Shown here: in pieces, positions 24,156-37,468 of the stretch | How positions within the stretch are numbered: the stretch's first letter is position 1 | Layout of the letters: each line of letters opens with the position of its first letter | Assembly: GCA_030390025.1 (NCBI GenBank) | Contig: CM059431.1 | Span: 112,222,001-112,286,000 of the forward strand | Length of the DNA stretch: 64,000 nt | Direction of reading: 5' to 3' | DNA from: Squalus acanthias | Lineage: Eukaryota | The notes under the pieces: model-generated | What the model saw: the letters and a program-made list of their open reading frames with translations, nothing else | Database searches by the model: none | Told to the model about the DNA's origin: nothing | Position numbers and translations under genes: made by a program

Positions 24156-26172
24156 CTACTTGTTCTTTATCTTCCTCTTACGTGTGCTCCTACGTGGTGC
24201 TTCCCCTGTGGCTTCAGCAGATGTGGAGGCCCCTTGCTCACTTTCTTGCTGCTCCTGCCTCGACACCTTTGGCGGGCATCCTCTGGGGTTGCGAGCCTGT
24301 GAGGGCTCGGCAACAGTCTGCTGCTCCTGCGGCTGTGCAGGGGCTGAGACGCTGATCTCAGTTGGGTGGGGCTCTGACCGAGGGCTCTGCAGTGGCATGG
24401 TCGTGTGAGCGCTTGGAGAGGAGCCCCCACTTCCTTGTTCTCTGCCACCAACATCCCTCTCATGGGTCAGCCCCACTTCAGAGCTAGCAAGTGGCTTGAC
24501 AGCACCTTGCTGCACTTCAGGGGGGCCATGAGGACCCGTTTCTGCACTGGAAGTCCTACTCCAGAGGACTTCCATGAAGGTTTGGTTTCTCTGCTCAATA
24601 GTTGACCATCGCTCCTCAAGAGATGTCAGTCTATTCTGAACAATGACCATGTTTTCAAGACCCTGGCGACTAAGCTCCTCCATGGCCGTAGCCATCCTCT
24701 CCTCTACCGTAGCCATCCTCTCTTGTATGGTAGCCAGCCTTACCACGGAGGTAGCCATCCTTTCCACGGAGGTAGCCATCCTTTCCACGGAGGTTGCCAT
24801 CCTTTCCGTGGTGATGCGTTCATGCGCCAACGCCTCCACAAAGGCCCTGCTCATGTTAGCGATGGACTCCTCCATTCGCTCCACACTCGCGGCGACCCTG
24901 GAGACAAAACCTGCCAGAGACTCCTGCACCTGTTCCTGGTGTTCCAGCACCGCTCTCCTTCTGGATGGACCCGGAGGCACAGGGTCGACATGCAGCTGAG
25001 CCGAGCTGGGAGAGTCCTGCGCTCTATGACGATTACTCTCCACTGCTGTCCCTGTCTCCACCATCTGCTGATGCTCACTTGTGAGCTGTGATACACCAGG
25101 TGACAACTCTACTCTATCTCCCGAAGGTCCCACCGAGGTGTGAGTGTCTGCGCTGGTGCTGGGTGCGCTTAATTCTGCTGACGCTGCGCCCTCAGAGGTT
25201 GCAGCTTCCTCTGAGGAGTCTGGGCGCTCAGGCTGCTCCTCCTGGACAGTGGGGAGGGGGGCTGTCGATGGTCCTGTGGGGGAGTAGAGGAAAGAGTTAG
25301 ACATGTGAGATAAACGTTGCATGCACATTGAATTGTGCAGATGATCATAAGTCAATCTGTTAGAGCATCAGAATCAATATCAGTCACTCATGCAATGTCA
25401 ATGAGAGAGATGAAAAACTATTCTGTTACCAGCTTGCTCTGATGCGCCTGTCTGTCCATCCCCCACTTGCGCATTCTCCTCCACTCCCATGATCTCCAGG
25501 GCCGCCTCCTCTGCAGTGGTGAGCTGGGCTATTGAGGGTGGCCCTCCTCCTGTCCTCACCCTCTCCCTCTTATTGTGGGCTCTCTTTTCCTGCAATGAGG
25601 GACACAAGTGGAGTTTGAATGAGAATGAAGGAGTGAGTGTAGAGAATCCATAGTATAGATGCTTAGAAGGACACAAAGATGGAGTGAGGTGCCAAGACCA
25701 AGGGCCCTCCCTGTGTATTGTAAGTTGTTGTCATTGCATCACAGTGATAGGGAGTGTGAGGGCTGCATAGTCGAATAGTTAAGTGAATGTGAACATACAG
25801 AGAGAGGGAATGGTTAAGAGTGCAGGGATGTAAGGGTCAAGTGGGATGTGGAGGAGGAGGTTGACAAAGCAGAGTGCTGGTGATGAGAGGCGATGGGGAT
25901 CAGACTGAGGGTCATGGGGATGGAATACTCACTTTTCCTGTGTGGAGAAGGTCGTGAAACCTCTTTCTGCACTACAGCCAGGTTCTACGGCCCATTGAAA
26001 TGGCATTCACCTCCTGTGCCACTTGCAGCCACACAGCTTTGGTCTGTTGTGGAGGCTTTTTCCTCCCTGAAGAAGGAAAGAGCACTTCCTTATTTGCTCT
26101 TGGCACCTCCACCAGAGCTTGGAGGGAGTTCTCATCGAAGCGGGGTGCACACTTTGGTCTGGTGCCTGACAT
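24156..26172 (-). pseudogene. Harbinger Myb-like gene C, 3 exons (26172-25933, 25589-25430, 25273-24156), one TAG in exon 1
   Basis: APRFDENSLQALVE..WLQVAQEV..RTWL*CRKRFHDL; canonical GT/AG sites; spliced 1518 nt stays in frame; same intron phases as gene A. Confidence 0.85.
24688..24813 (-). repeat. Six 21-bp tandem units encoding ERMATSV-like heptads
   Basis: GTAGCCATCCTTTCCACGGAG-like unit repeated six times in frame. Confidence 0.9.
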
Positions 26173-28054
26173 GGTTTTTGAACGAATCCCTCAGAAGTAA
26201 ATAGCAAAAGTTGTAAGGCAGAAAAAGAACCAAGGCTGCTTGCAGGCCTTAAATGCAGCTGCATAGATGACGTCATCAGAGGCGAGTTTCAGGACCAAAA
26301 GACTCATTGGCCCAGGGGTTCCCACACGCTGGAAATCAAGTGCCCAATTAGGGCAAAATGGCTCAATTGTCCCGCCTCACATCGGAGGCGGGATCCGGAC
26401 CTGCCGACCACTTGACCCGCCCCCAACCCGCCTCCACTGACAAAATCCAGCCCTATGACTCTATGACAAATGGCCCCATCCTGAGATGGATACCTTAACC
26501 TCCTCAAATTCCTTTCATTCTATGTCTTTTATCCTAATTAACTTTTAATTATCCCTACAAGCCGTTTTGTTAAGCTAACACCAATTCCTACCTTTGCATT
26601 ATATCATGGTTATTAGTAATAATAGAAGAAAAGCAGGTATTGAGCCTTAGTTAGTCCAATTTGAGAAACATAAATAATGTTGAAATCCTAACTTGAGAAC
26701 AATATTATTTATGGCCGTCACACTACAGAATGCTTTAACATCCGCAGGGAACCAAAACAGAAGCAGATTCTAAGCATCTATCTAATTATTCTAAGACTAG
26801 TCTGAAGAGACTTTTTGTCTCTAGTTCTAATACAATCACGTAAATACAGCCTTATTCGTGTCACAATTTTGTTCGCATAACCATATACATTTTGGATACC
26901 CCTGATATCTAACAGATGGGAGAAAGAGTAAAATCAATGATTGGAACAGACTCTTCCCAAATGACTTTCTGATTAAAACAAAATAATTTTTGGAAAATGT
27001 TTAACTCATTTACTGGATGCGGTTTATTCTTTCTGCAGCTGTACATCATCAGAAATCACACTACACTACCCATTTTATTTCTGTATTACAGCTTAATTTA
27101 GGCAGAAATTTTTAATTGCTCATTTGGCTGTTATTTGGCAATGATCTGGGTTAATTTAACTCATGCATTCAAATGTAATAATGCAATGTTTTTTTCAATT
27201 TCAGATTCAATTATTCAATTCCAGGGAGTATCTTTTGTTTGTGTGGTAATGACATTGGAATGAATAGTAATATATTTATGCCTATTTAGAGTGAGGAATT
27301 GAGGACTGTCTGTTTGACTGATGGATGAAGCAATAATCAGCCAGCCAATTCTTAAATCTGCACTTTGCTACATTACTGCTTCAATAATTGCTTCAACATT
27401 TTTGCCAGTAGATTCAACATTTTCTCAGTAATAATGTATTTTTTTTTCTTTAGAATCATTTAAAATCTTCACACAGAATGCTGCCAGTCTTGTAGTTTCA
27501 TACCAGGTCCATGAAACAATCTTGACAGATTATATGGAGATGTGGCATTCTGCTGTCATTCTGCGCTCACTGTTAGTCAGCCTCTTGCCTGCCCTTAGAC
27601 TGTGGCTCTGACACACGATACAGGCTTTGATGTGACTGAAGACCTAGTACTAGCCAGCATGCATAGCATTAACACATAACATGACGATAGGAAATCTGTT
27701 CATTTTAGTGAGGGCTTTATGCGGGCATATTGTGCGGGTATTGTACAAAAGGGTTCATCGTATTAGGATTCTAGTGAAAACACGTCAGTCATTTATATCC
27801 CATTGTGTATTTCACAAGGTCAAAATATTCAATTTTCAGTAGTCAAAGAAATGAGTCCATTTGCAAGTTACACGGCCAATTATCATTTTTGCCACATAAC
27901 TAAATAATAATGTATCTTTGCTCTTTTCTTTCAGTAGTGGAGGATTTCACAATTCAGTTAATTTGTAAGCTTACTGTTCTTTTTAAAAATTCTATAATAG
28001 ATTTTAAAATAAAGGCGAGGAAGGGAAGAGAGAAATCTATTGCGTAAAAAAGTA

Positions 28055-28348
28055 TTAGGGCACAGATTTAAGGTGATTGGCAAAAGAACCAGAGGTGACA
28101 TGAGGAAAAACTTTTTTACGCAACGAGTGGTTAGGATTTGGAATGCACTGCCTGATAGGGTGGTGGAGGCAGATTCAATAGTAGCCTTCAAAAGGGAATT
28201 GGATAAATATTTGAAGGAGAAAAAATTACAGGGATATGGGGAAAGAGCGGGGGAGTGGGACTAACTGGATTGCTCTTCGAAAGAGTCGGCGCAGACTTGA
28301 TGGGCCGAATGGCCTCCTTCTGTGCTGTACTATTCTATGATTCTATGA
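28055..28348 (+). mobile_element. CR1 LINE 3' end
   Basis: GHRFKVIGKR..NFFTQRVVRIWNALP..FKRELDKYL followed by an (ATTCTATG)2 tail. Confidence 0.9.
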
Positions 28349-28914
28349 TCTGTTCTGCCTCCTATTTGAATAGCTTTATATTAAATTTGATTTAATTCCA
28401 CTTTGCTGCTTATTTTACCAGTGTGACATGTAGATATTGTAATATGCCATTTTATCAATCACACTGGCTTTTATATTCATCATTAATCACACATCAAAGT
28501 GGATATAAATTCCACTAACCTATGTTTCCCGTGAAAACAATATAGGGCTGTGGGGAAAAAAAAATGGCTCATAGCTAAATGGTGAGGTGACATGGGCTAA
28601 CCTGAATGTTGCAATGCATCATATTTTGAGAAAGGGATGTAGGTGGTATTTTTTCCTTTCAAATTATATTCAGACTCTGGTCCTAATTAATATAGACTCC
28701 CAACAAAGCAGAGCCAATGGAATGCGATTCTTTGCTTTTTTTTGGGTGTGAATTTTTGTGCTGGTTAATGTGAGGCATGCTGGGGAATGAAGCAGGTCTC
28801 ATTTTTATGTCTGCTGACAGCCAAGATGTAATGCAGAGTTCCCCCCGATACTGCCATAAGAATACCTTAGGTCACCAGGCCTGTGAGTGTAGCCCTTTTT
28901 AAGAACACCCCACG

Positions 28915-30984
28915 ATGGCGAGCTCATCATCGCCGGTGACGGGGCCGGCAAGGTCGTACGCGGGTGTGGCAGCCTTGGCCACGGCTAATCCCGCTGCTTC
29001 TGCTGCCCCGTCACCATTCCGCCTGATCACTAAGAAGCACGGGGTGAAGATCTACATGACCATCGAGGCCTGCGTCCAAGCCATGGCCGAGGTTGTCGGC
29101 CCCTCGGCCATCGTAGCGGCCTCGAAAATGTACGGAAAGGCTGTGTTCTTCCTGCGGTCAGAGCGGGCGGTGGCCCTGGCCGTAACAAAGGGGCTCACCG
29201 TGGGCGGGACCTTCCTGCCGGTGGATCCTCTCGAGGCCACCGCGCAGAGGATCCTGATCTCAAACGTCCCGCCCTTTGTTACTGGTGAGCTCCTCCTCCC
29301 CCACCTACGTCAACTGGGGGAGGTGAGGTCGGGGATCACGCCGATCCCGCTCGGCTGCAGGGACGCCAGCCTCCGGCACGTCTTCTCCTTCCGGCGCCAG
29401 CTTTTCATTCAGCTGGCGCGGGAGGAGGACACCGAGGGCGCGTTTGTTGTTTGCCACGAGGGGACCGCCTACCGCGTCTTTTGGACGTCGGACGGCGTGC
29501 GGTGCCACGCCTGTAAGGAGGTGGGGCACCTAAGAAAGAACTGCCCCGCCTCCAAGGCCGCCAAAACATCTGGGGCGGCCAAGGCTGGCGCCGCCGCCGC
29601 TCCTCCCCCTGATTCCGTCCGCGCGTCCACGACATCTGATGCGCGGTCGACGTCGGAGGTCAACGTCACCACGGCCTCCGGCGGGGGGGAGGGGGAGCGT
29701 CCGGCCAGAAAGAAGGCGCGGGGGAAAACCAAAAACATTTGGGCGGATCCCCTCGTGGAACAAGAGGACCTGCCGGAGCTCACGCCCGCGTTTCTCGCGG
29801 ACTTGGCGGCGGAGCTCCGGAGTGAGAGGGACCTCGTGCCCGAGCCTGTGACCGCAACCGCTGTGACGGAAAAATCAAGACCTGCGGTCGGGCTCGGGCC
29901 CGGGGGACCCAAGAAGCAACCCGAACGACAGGAGGGAGCGGAGGGGGAGGCCTCGGCAGACATGGAGGTCTCCCTGCCTCCGTGTCCCTCCGTACTTAAA
30001 AGGAGGTGCAGCTCCCTGGAGGAGGCGGAGGACCGCGAGGAACAGGGTCCCTCCTCGCAAGGGGAGTCGTCGGCCGTCGCGGGTGCTGCGCCACCCCCCA
30101 CCGTCACCACAGGTATTAGGCAGGAGTCGCCTGTCCCTCGGGAGGGTACAACAGATGAGTCTATCCAGCCTGTGCCTCCCGGGGATGGGGAAGAGACCCT
30201 GCTCGTGGGGGGGGGGGCCGCGGAACTACCCGCGACGGTAACCTCAGAAGAACCGTCACTTCTCGCCATGTCGAGCGCCCTGGGGACTGGGGTGGGCGAG
30301 GCCGTCGAGGCTGAGCCTGCCCAAAACAGTCGGGACATCCCCCAGGTGCTGCTCGACATGGTCGAGAATCTCGAGAACCTCAGCCAGGGTCCCCAGTCCG
30401 CTGGGTCGGAGGCTGGTGGCGTTGAAGGGGAAGGCCCCCTGACTCCGTCTCAGACGCTGGCGCCGGGGGTGTTGGGGGAACTGGGATTAGGTTTCTCCCC
30501 GGTTTCCCCGTATCCCCCGGTGCCTGGGGCGGAGGGGGACCCCGAACCGCTGCCGCTTCCTGACCCGGCGCCCCCGGAGGAGCCCAGGGAGAACTCCTCT
30601 GCCGCCGATCCTGGGGGTGGGATCGGGGCGGAGGCAGGGCCGGCCGATGATGACCCCCCGGAGGAGGACCGGGACCCAGCAGAGGGCACCGATGACGACA
30701 TGGACGCGGATACCCTCGTGCCCCTCTCCGAGTCCCCCCTCATCCCCGTTGTGGATCTCCGGGACTTTGTGGCCACGTGCTGGGGTCGCCGCGATAAAAT
30801 CCGGCTGGCCCTCGAAAGATGGTCGGATCTGGCGCTGCTCATCCTCTCCGTCCGCGCCGCCGTCAAAACCATGGGCACGGACGAGGGCGTGAGCCCGGCC
30901 GAGCTGCGTCGGATCCAAAAGTTCCTCGCTGTGCTGAAAAGGGAGTGGCGGTCGACTAGCGGCCATGCTTCCTCCTCCCGTTAG
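28915..30984 (+). CDS. Tx1 ORF1 protein, 689 aa
   Basis: Open frame with IVAASKMYGKAVFFL, ILISNVPPF, LRHVFSFRRQ and CHACKEVGHLRKNCP (CX2CX4HX4C), characteristic of Tx1 ORF1; long low-complexity C-terminal half. Confidence 0.88.
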   Translation: MASSSSPVTGPARSYAGVAALATANPAASAAPSPFRLITKKHGVKIYMTIEACVQAMAEVVGPSAIVAASKMYGKAVFFLRSERAVALAVTKGLTVGGTFLPVDPLEATAQRILISNVPPFVTGELLLPHLRQLGEVRSGITPIPLGCRDASLRHVFSFRRQLFIQLAREEDTEGAFVVCHEGTAYRVFWTSDGVRCHACKEVGHLRKNCPASKAAKTSGAAKAGAAAAPPPDSVRASTTSDARSTSEVNVTTASGGGEGERPARKKARGKTKNIWADPLVEQEDLPELTPAFLADLAAELRSERDLVPEPVTATAVTEKSRPAVGLGPGGPKKQPERQEGAEGEASADMEVSLPPCPSVLKRRCSSLEEAEDREEQGPSSQGESSAVAGAAPPPTVTTGIRQESPVPREGTTDESIQPVPPGDGEETLLVGGGAAELPATVTSEEPSLLAMSSALGTGVGEAVEAEPAQNSRDIPQVLLDMVENLENLSQGPQSAGSEAGGVEGEGPLTPSQTLAPGVLGELGLGFSPVSPYPPVPGAEGDPEPLPLPDPAPPEEPRENSSAADPGGGIGAEAGPADDDPPEEDRDPAEGTDDDMDADTLVPLSESPLIPVVDLRDFVATCWGRRDKIRLALERWSDLALLILSVRAAVKTMGTDEGVSPAELRRIQKFLAVLKREWRSTSGHASSSR

Positions 30985-31015
30985 GTTTAAGTAGAGGTTG
31001 CACAATGCTCTTGTC

Positions 31016-34000
31016 ATGAAGATAACCATAGCCAGCCTCAACATCAACGGCAGCAGAGACGCGCGCCGTAGATTTAATAACTTCTCGGTCCTCCGGGACG
31101 GGAGGTATGCGGTGTGCTTCCTGCAAGAAACCCACACCGTTCCGGAGGACGAGGCGACGTGGCTCCTGGAGTGGCAAGGAGGGGTCAGCATGAGTCACCT
31201 CTCCAACTATTCCTGCGGGGTGGCTAGCTTGCTGGCCCCGCATTTTCAGCCGGAGATCTTGGGGGTCAAGGAGCACGTGCCGGGATGCTTGCTCCAGGTC
31301 ACTGTTCGCCTGGGAGGCGTGCCGCTCCATTTAGTGAACGTGTACGCTCCCCAGGCCGGTGCGCAGCAAGTGCGCTTCTTCGAAGAAGTGTCCGCTCTTC
31401 TGGGCTCCGTCGACGTCGGCGAGTGCGTCATCCTCGGGGGGGATTTTAATTGTACCCTCGAGGCGAGGGACCGCTCGGCTCCCCAGCGTTGCCCGGCGGC
31501 GATGGAGAAGTTGAGGGACCTGGTCGGGTCCTTTGACTTGGTGGACGTCTGGCGGAATCTCCATCCCGACTCCAGCGCCTTTAGTTACGTGAGGTCTGGA
31601 GGAGGAAGGTCCAGAATCGACCGCCTCTACATTTCCCGGGCGTACGTCTCCTGCGTTCTGGCGGCCTCCGTGCGGCCGGTGCCGTGCACGGACCACCACC
31701 TGGTGTGGGCGGAGCTCGATCCATTGCGCGCACCGGGGGGGTCCGCGTACTGGCATTTTAACAACCTGCTGCTGGAGGACGCGCGGTTCCAGGATTCGTT
31801 TAGTCGGTTCTGGGCCGACTGGAGAAGGAAGTGGGGGGGCTTCCCCTCCTTGAGGCTATGGTGGGACGTGGGCAAGGCTCACATACATCTCTTCTGTCAG
31901 GAGTACGCGAGGGGGTCGATCAAGAGGCGGGAGGCCCGGGTCGGGCGATTGGAGAAAGAAGTGCTCGACCTGGAGTCCCGTCTCGGTCAAGTTGTCGAGG
32001 ACCCAGCCCTGCGGAAGGTGTACGAAGAGAAGAAGGGCGCGCTGAAGGACCTGGACCGCGGCTCCCCCTTCTTCTACTCGCTGGAAAAAAGACGGGGGGT
32101 CCGTAAGCAGCTCTTGGGGCTGCTGGTCGACGACGGATCTCTGGTCTCGGATCCGGAGGGAATCAGTGCGGAGACCCGGGCCTATTACGGGGCTCTGTTC
32201 TCTCTGGATCCGTCCAGCGAGGATGCGCGCAGAGTTTTGTGGGAGGACCTGCCTGAAGGTCGGCCCGGAGGGCGCTGAAAAATTGGACGCTCCGCTGGGC
32301 CTGGCGGAGCTGACTGGCGCCCTCGACCAGCTCTCGAGGGGAAAGTCCCCGGGGCTGGACGGGCTGACCGTGGAGTTCCACAGGACGTTCTGGGACGTCT
32401 TGGGGGGCGACTACGCGCGGGTCCGGGGGGGAAAGTCTGGCGACCGGGGAGATGCCCCTCTCTTGGCGCAGGGCGGTCATCGTCCTGCTGCCTAAGAAGG
32501 GCGATCTCCGCCTTCTTAAGAACTGGCGCCCGGTCTCCCTCCTCAGCACGGACTACAAAATTTTTGCCAGGGCTATGTCTGCTCGCCTTGGCACCGTGCT
32601 GGCCCACATGATCCACCCCGACCAGTCCTACACGGTCCCGGGCTGGACCATCCACGATAACATCCATCTGGTCCGGGACCTGGTCCACCATTCCCAGAGG
32701 GCTGGTCTGTCGGTCGCCTTCCTTTCCCTGGATCAGGAGAAGGCGTTCGACAGGGTGGATCACGAGTATCTTTTCGGGACTCTGCGCGCATTCGGGTTCG
32801 GGATGCATTTCGTCGCCCGGATCTGACTTCTGTACGCCGCCGCGGAGTGTCTGATAAAAGTCAATGGGTCTTTGACGGCGCCCCTTCGCTTCGGGAGGGG
32901 GGTGCGCCAGGGATGCCCCATGTCCGGTCAGTTATACGCCGTGTGCGTGGAGCCTTTCCTGCGCCTCTTGCGGAAGAGGTTGATGGGACTGGCTCTGCAA
33001 GGGCCGGGCGTGGAGGTCGTCCTCTCGGCTTACGCCGATGACGTGCTCCTCGCGGTCACGGATCCAGTCGACTTGCGGAGGTTGCGAGAATGCCAGCAGA
33101 TTTACTCGGACGCATCCTCCGCCAGGATCAACTGGGAGAAATGTTCTGGACTCCTGGTGGGCCAGTGGCGGGTGGACTCCCTGCCGGAGGAGTTCAGGCC
33201 CTTTGCCTGGAGCACCACGCATCTCCTCTACTTGGGAGTCTACCTCAGCCCCGCCGAGGACGCCTGGCCGGCGAACTGGCAAGAGCTGGAGGCCAAAGCC
33301 ACCGCTCACCTAGGACGCTGGACAGGACTGCTCCGAGTGCTGTCCTACAGGGATCAAGCGCTGGTCATAAACCAGCCGCCATGTTGTGGTACCGGTTGGT
33401 CACTTTGATCCCGCCCCCTGCGTTTGTCGCCAAGATGCAGAAGAAGATCGTCGACTTCTTCTGGGGCAAAGGGAAGCACTGGGTCTCTGCCGCGGTTCTG
33501 AGTCTCCCGCTTAGGGAGGGCGGTCAGGCGCTGGCGTGCCTTCGCACCCGGGCGGCGACTTTCCGTCTTCGGACGCTGCAGAGATACCTTTACGTTGAGA
33601 ATCCTCCCAGATGGTGTGCGCTGGCGACGTATTTCTTCCGTCAGATGCACGGCCTCAACTACGACACGCAGCTCCTGTTTGTGGAATTGGGCCGTACGCG
33701 TGCCAGCCTGCGGGAGCTGCCTGTCTTCTACCAGGAACTGCTATGGGTCTGGAACAGCGTCGCCTCCAGGCGCAGTTCTCCCCCGTCAGGAGCGGCGGCT
33801 CTCCTTCGGGAGCCGCTGCTCAGGAATCCGCACCTTCGCGACCGCTGGACCGGGCGGCTGGCGGAGGGCAGGGCTGTGCCTGGCAAGGTGACCAGGGTCG
33901 GGGACCTGCTCGTTGGTGGAGGAGCAGGCTGGATGGCGCCGGAGGAGTTGGCGCAGTGCCTGTCCTGGCCCCACGTCCGGCTCGCGGCCGATGCCGTCGA

Positions 34001-34850
34001 GTCGCTGAAAGTGGCACTGGGCCCCGACTCCACTAGGTGTATCGAGGAGGCTCAAGCACGTGGGGCGATCCCGCCCGAACTGACCTCTGTTCGGATGGAA
34101 TTCCTCATCGGCGCGCGGCCCCGAAACCCCTCTCGGGGACCGGCGCCTCACAACTTGAGCCTTCTCAGGGAAATACCCTCCGTGCCCTTTAGTTCTGCGC
34201 GGAGGGGTTTCCTGTACGGGCTGCTCCTGCACACTCTCCACTTTGACATCTTCGTCTGCCGTCCGGACACGCCTTGGCGTGCCATCTTGTCGTCCGGCGG
34301 AGGCGAAGGTCCTCAATGGAGGGCTCTCTACGCGGGAGTCTTCCCTTGTTCTATTGGGGACTTGGCCTGGAGGGTGTTGCACGGAGCAGTCCCGTGCAAT
34401 AAGATTTTAAGCAGGTTCACGGACTCCCAGGCCGCTTGCTATTTTTGCGGCCTAGAGGAGTCCGTGTTCCACGTATACGTGGAATGTGTGAGGTTGCAGC
34501 CCCTGTTCCATTATTTGAAGGGGCTGTTCCTCGATTTTTGGCTGCACTTCAGTCCCACGCTCCTGATCTACGGTCACCCGGTGCGGAGGGGAGAGGGCAG
34601 GTCGGAGGACCTCCTCGTAGGACTGCTCCTGGGCCTGGCCAAAGTGGCCATTAATAGGTCCAGGCAGCGGGCGGTCGAGGGGGTCGTTCGGCCCGATTGC
34701 CTGCCTCTCTTCCGAGGCTATGTGCGCGCCCGGGTGGCCCTGGAGATGGAGCACGCAGTGTCCACCGGCACGCTTGAGACCTTCCGAGACCGGTGGGCGC
34801 CGCGGGGACTGGAGTGCATCATCACCTCGGCCAATGTGATTTTACTTTAA
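31016..34850 (+). pseudogene. Tx1 ORF2 (endonuclease / reverse transcriptase), disrupted
   Basis: APE: SLNING, FLQETH, NVYAP, GGDFNC, SRIDR, TDHH. RT: KSPGLDG, NWRPVSLL, DQEKAFDRV, GVRQGCP, AYADDV. Zinc finger: CYFC..ESVFHVYVEC. Frameshifts near 32255, 32430 and 33375; TGA at 32824. Confidence 0.92.
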
Positions 34851-34872
34851 TTTGATGTGTTTTAAAATTTAA

Positions 34873-35203
<331 letters not shown>

Positions 35204-36548
35204 ATTGCTTCCCCAGGTAAGGAAGTCAAGAGAAAAAAAAACATTGGGTTGATGTAATGCAGGTGGGAGTGATTGAGAAAGGGTAAAGAAAGACTGCAGT
35301 AAGTATGTACCATGATATAATTACTGCCCAGGATAGTATATAACTACTGCCAGCATGGCCTGCCTATTCTGTTTTAATGACCTGTGGTAATGCTTGTAGA
35401 AGCTCATAATGAGGGAGCTCAATCACAATTTTCTATTAGAAATTCCAGCTGCTTGTGTTTAGACTCTGTGGAACTTGACCTTTAATACTTTTCTGAGCAG
35501 ACAAAAGTAGTTTCAGAAATATGCTCCAGTCAAATCACCAAAGCATTAAATGCTGCAACAAGAAGACATTGGGGATTCCAGCAAGAGGAAGCGGGGATTT
35601 ATTTTGGGTTTCTAACATTCAGAAATCCATCACCTATGTTTGAGAGTCTCCAAACTAAGTTCATGAGAAATCCACACAGGTAGTGTCTCTGTTTGCTGGT
35701 AATGCAGGGCACATTTACCTCCCTGTAGGGACACGTCATACTTAAGCTGTATTCCACCATGACCCAAGAACGGCTTTTATGTCCTTTGTAGCACTTGTAT
35801 AAAGAAAGTTCCATTAGCAGTGCATTTGATTTTTTTTTTCTGATCTCTAATCTTTTCTAAAGCTCAGGATATGCAGGAATATAGACGACAACAGGCAGCA
35901 AATTGGAGATAGCTGTGCGGGCGCCAGCACTGGTAGGGACAGATTGTGGGTGTATTAAGTATTGTTGTTTGTCTAGTTTTGGTTTAGTGGCTGTTGCTTT
36001 AAATTTAGTTTACAGAAGGTGACAATTTCAGGTAAAATTCTTGTACCAAGCTTAAATTGATAAAATGTTGCAAGGCTTTGTTGAGTTTGTCTCTATAGTT
36101 ACTAGTTCGAGAGAGCAATCAAGTGACATACAGATACTGTAATATGCCATTTTATCAATCACAGTGACTTTTATACTCCGCTTAAAGCTATGTGATTGGT
36201 TCAATTTGTGTATGACTGACAGTTCTTTTTGAATTTGACTGTTCAGTCATCCAAAATCTACAAAATCCCAGTGACTGCGGTGGTAAGAAATATTTAGAGA
36301 GAATACTGATTCTATGAGAGTGTTCTAAGAAAAAAAAGTCCTGAGCATTAGATTATACTGTACTATAAATTATGTATCAGTTCATTATTTGCTTGTTCAA
36401 CTTTTGTTAAATAAATTTGCTTAATAATTGAAACTTAAAGCATCACCACATCAGACCTGGTTTTATTATTCACTGAAGACTGGAGAGGCATCCTATGGGG
36501 ACGTAGTATAATTCCAATAGCTAAAAGCAATTAATAAAAAGATTGAAA

Positions 36549-36657
36549 TAGAAAACAGAAAATGCTGGAAATACTCAGCAGGCCAGGCAGCATCTGTGGA
36601 GAGAGAAACCGTTAACGTTTCAGGTCGATGACCGTTGAAAAGGTCATTGACCTGAAA
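36549..36657. repeat. Penelope-terminus-like short repeat, fold-back junction
   Basis: AAAACAGAAAATGCTGGAAATACTCAGCAGG..TTTCAGGTCGATGACC then inverted GGTCATTGACCTGAAA; same family at 39931 and 58092. Confidence 0.7.
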
Positions 36658-37279
36658 GACTGATTATTGACTAAGGCTGAAATTTCTGTTAATCCCCCTC
36701 AATGTTGTTGGACTCCAGCTCTCCTCAATGTTATCAGACCCTGAGACTCCACACCATTGTGCTCCAAGTACCAATTCTGCATGTTGCAGACCCTTGGGAC
36801 TCTCTGCTAGTGCTTTCAGCCTCTGGGATCACCCTCCCAGTGTTTCCAGAGGTAGAGATGCCCCTTGTAGTGCTCTCCGATCCTGCAACACCCTCTCTAA
36901 TTTTTTCAGGCTCCAGGAACACCACCTAAATACTCCCAGATGCAGTCCCTCCCAGCAATACCACATGTTCCCATTCCCAATGCCAAATGAAGCTTATGTT
37001 TCATTGAACCCAGCTGTAGATCAGCATCCATGAATGTAACCTGAGTTTGCCTCATACCAAAAGAACTGCCATGACACATTCTAGCATCTTTCAATGCAGC
37101 CTTTATTATTAACCCTTAGTGTATGGTGCTGCTGTATTCAATGTATTTTGCCCAGTGTTTACTCTTCGTCAAAGTGTGTGTCTTCTACTTCCTAATGTTG
37201 TGCTCCTTCTAAGTGTTCCTATCATGGGAGAAAGAACTGAGATAGATGGTTTGGGTGTCAGGGCTTGCCTTTAGATTAT

Positions 37280-37468
37280 CCCTCAACCAACATCATTAGA
37301 ACAGCTTATCTGATCATTATCATTATTGCTGTTTTGGGACCTTGCTGTGTGCAAATTGGCTGCTACATTACAACAGTGACTACACTTCAAAAGTACTTAA
37401 TTGGCTGTGAAGCGCTTTAGGCTTGAAACAGGTCGTGAAAAGGCGCTATATAAATGCAAGTCTTTCTT
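37280..37468 (+). mobile_element. Deu-domain SINE, 3' half
   Basis: Matches the 3' half and tail (GGCGCTATATAAATGCAAGTCTTTCTTT) of the SINE at 46863-47290. Confidence 0.8.

Larger units (their letters stand above)
22299..26453. mobile_element. PIF/Harbinger transposon C, left terminus missing
   Basis: Right TIR AAAATCCAGCCC ends at 26453; left side begins within subterminal sequence homologous to 52180-52360; transposase (+) and Myb (-). Confidence 0.88.

Noticed and set aside
24688..24813. CRISPR-like array
   Set aside because: Head-to-tail coding tandem repeat without unique spacers, in eukaryotic DNA.
20943..26914. Interrupted solo LTR hosting the MITE and Harbinger C
   Set aside because: Termini (TGTAGAGAT / ATATCTAACA) and flanks (GGTG/GATG) match only imperfectly; too weak to list as a feature.
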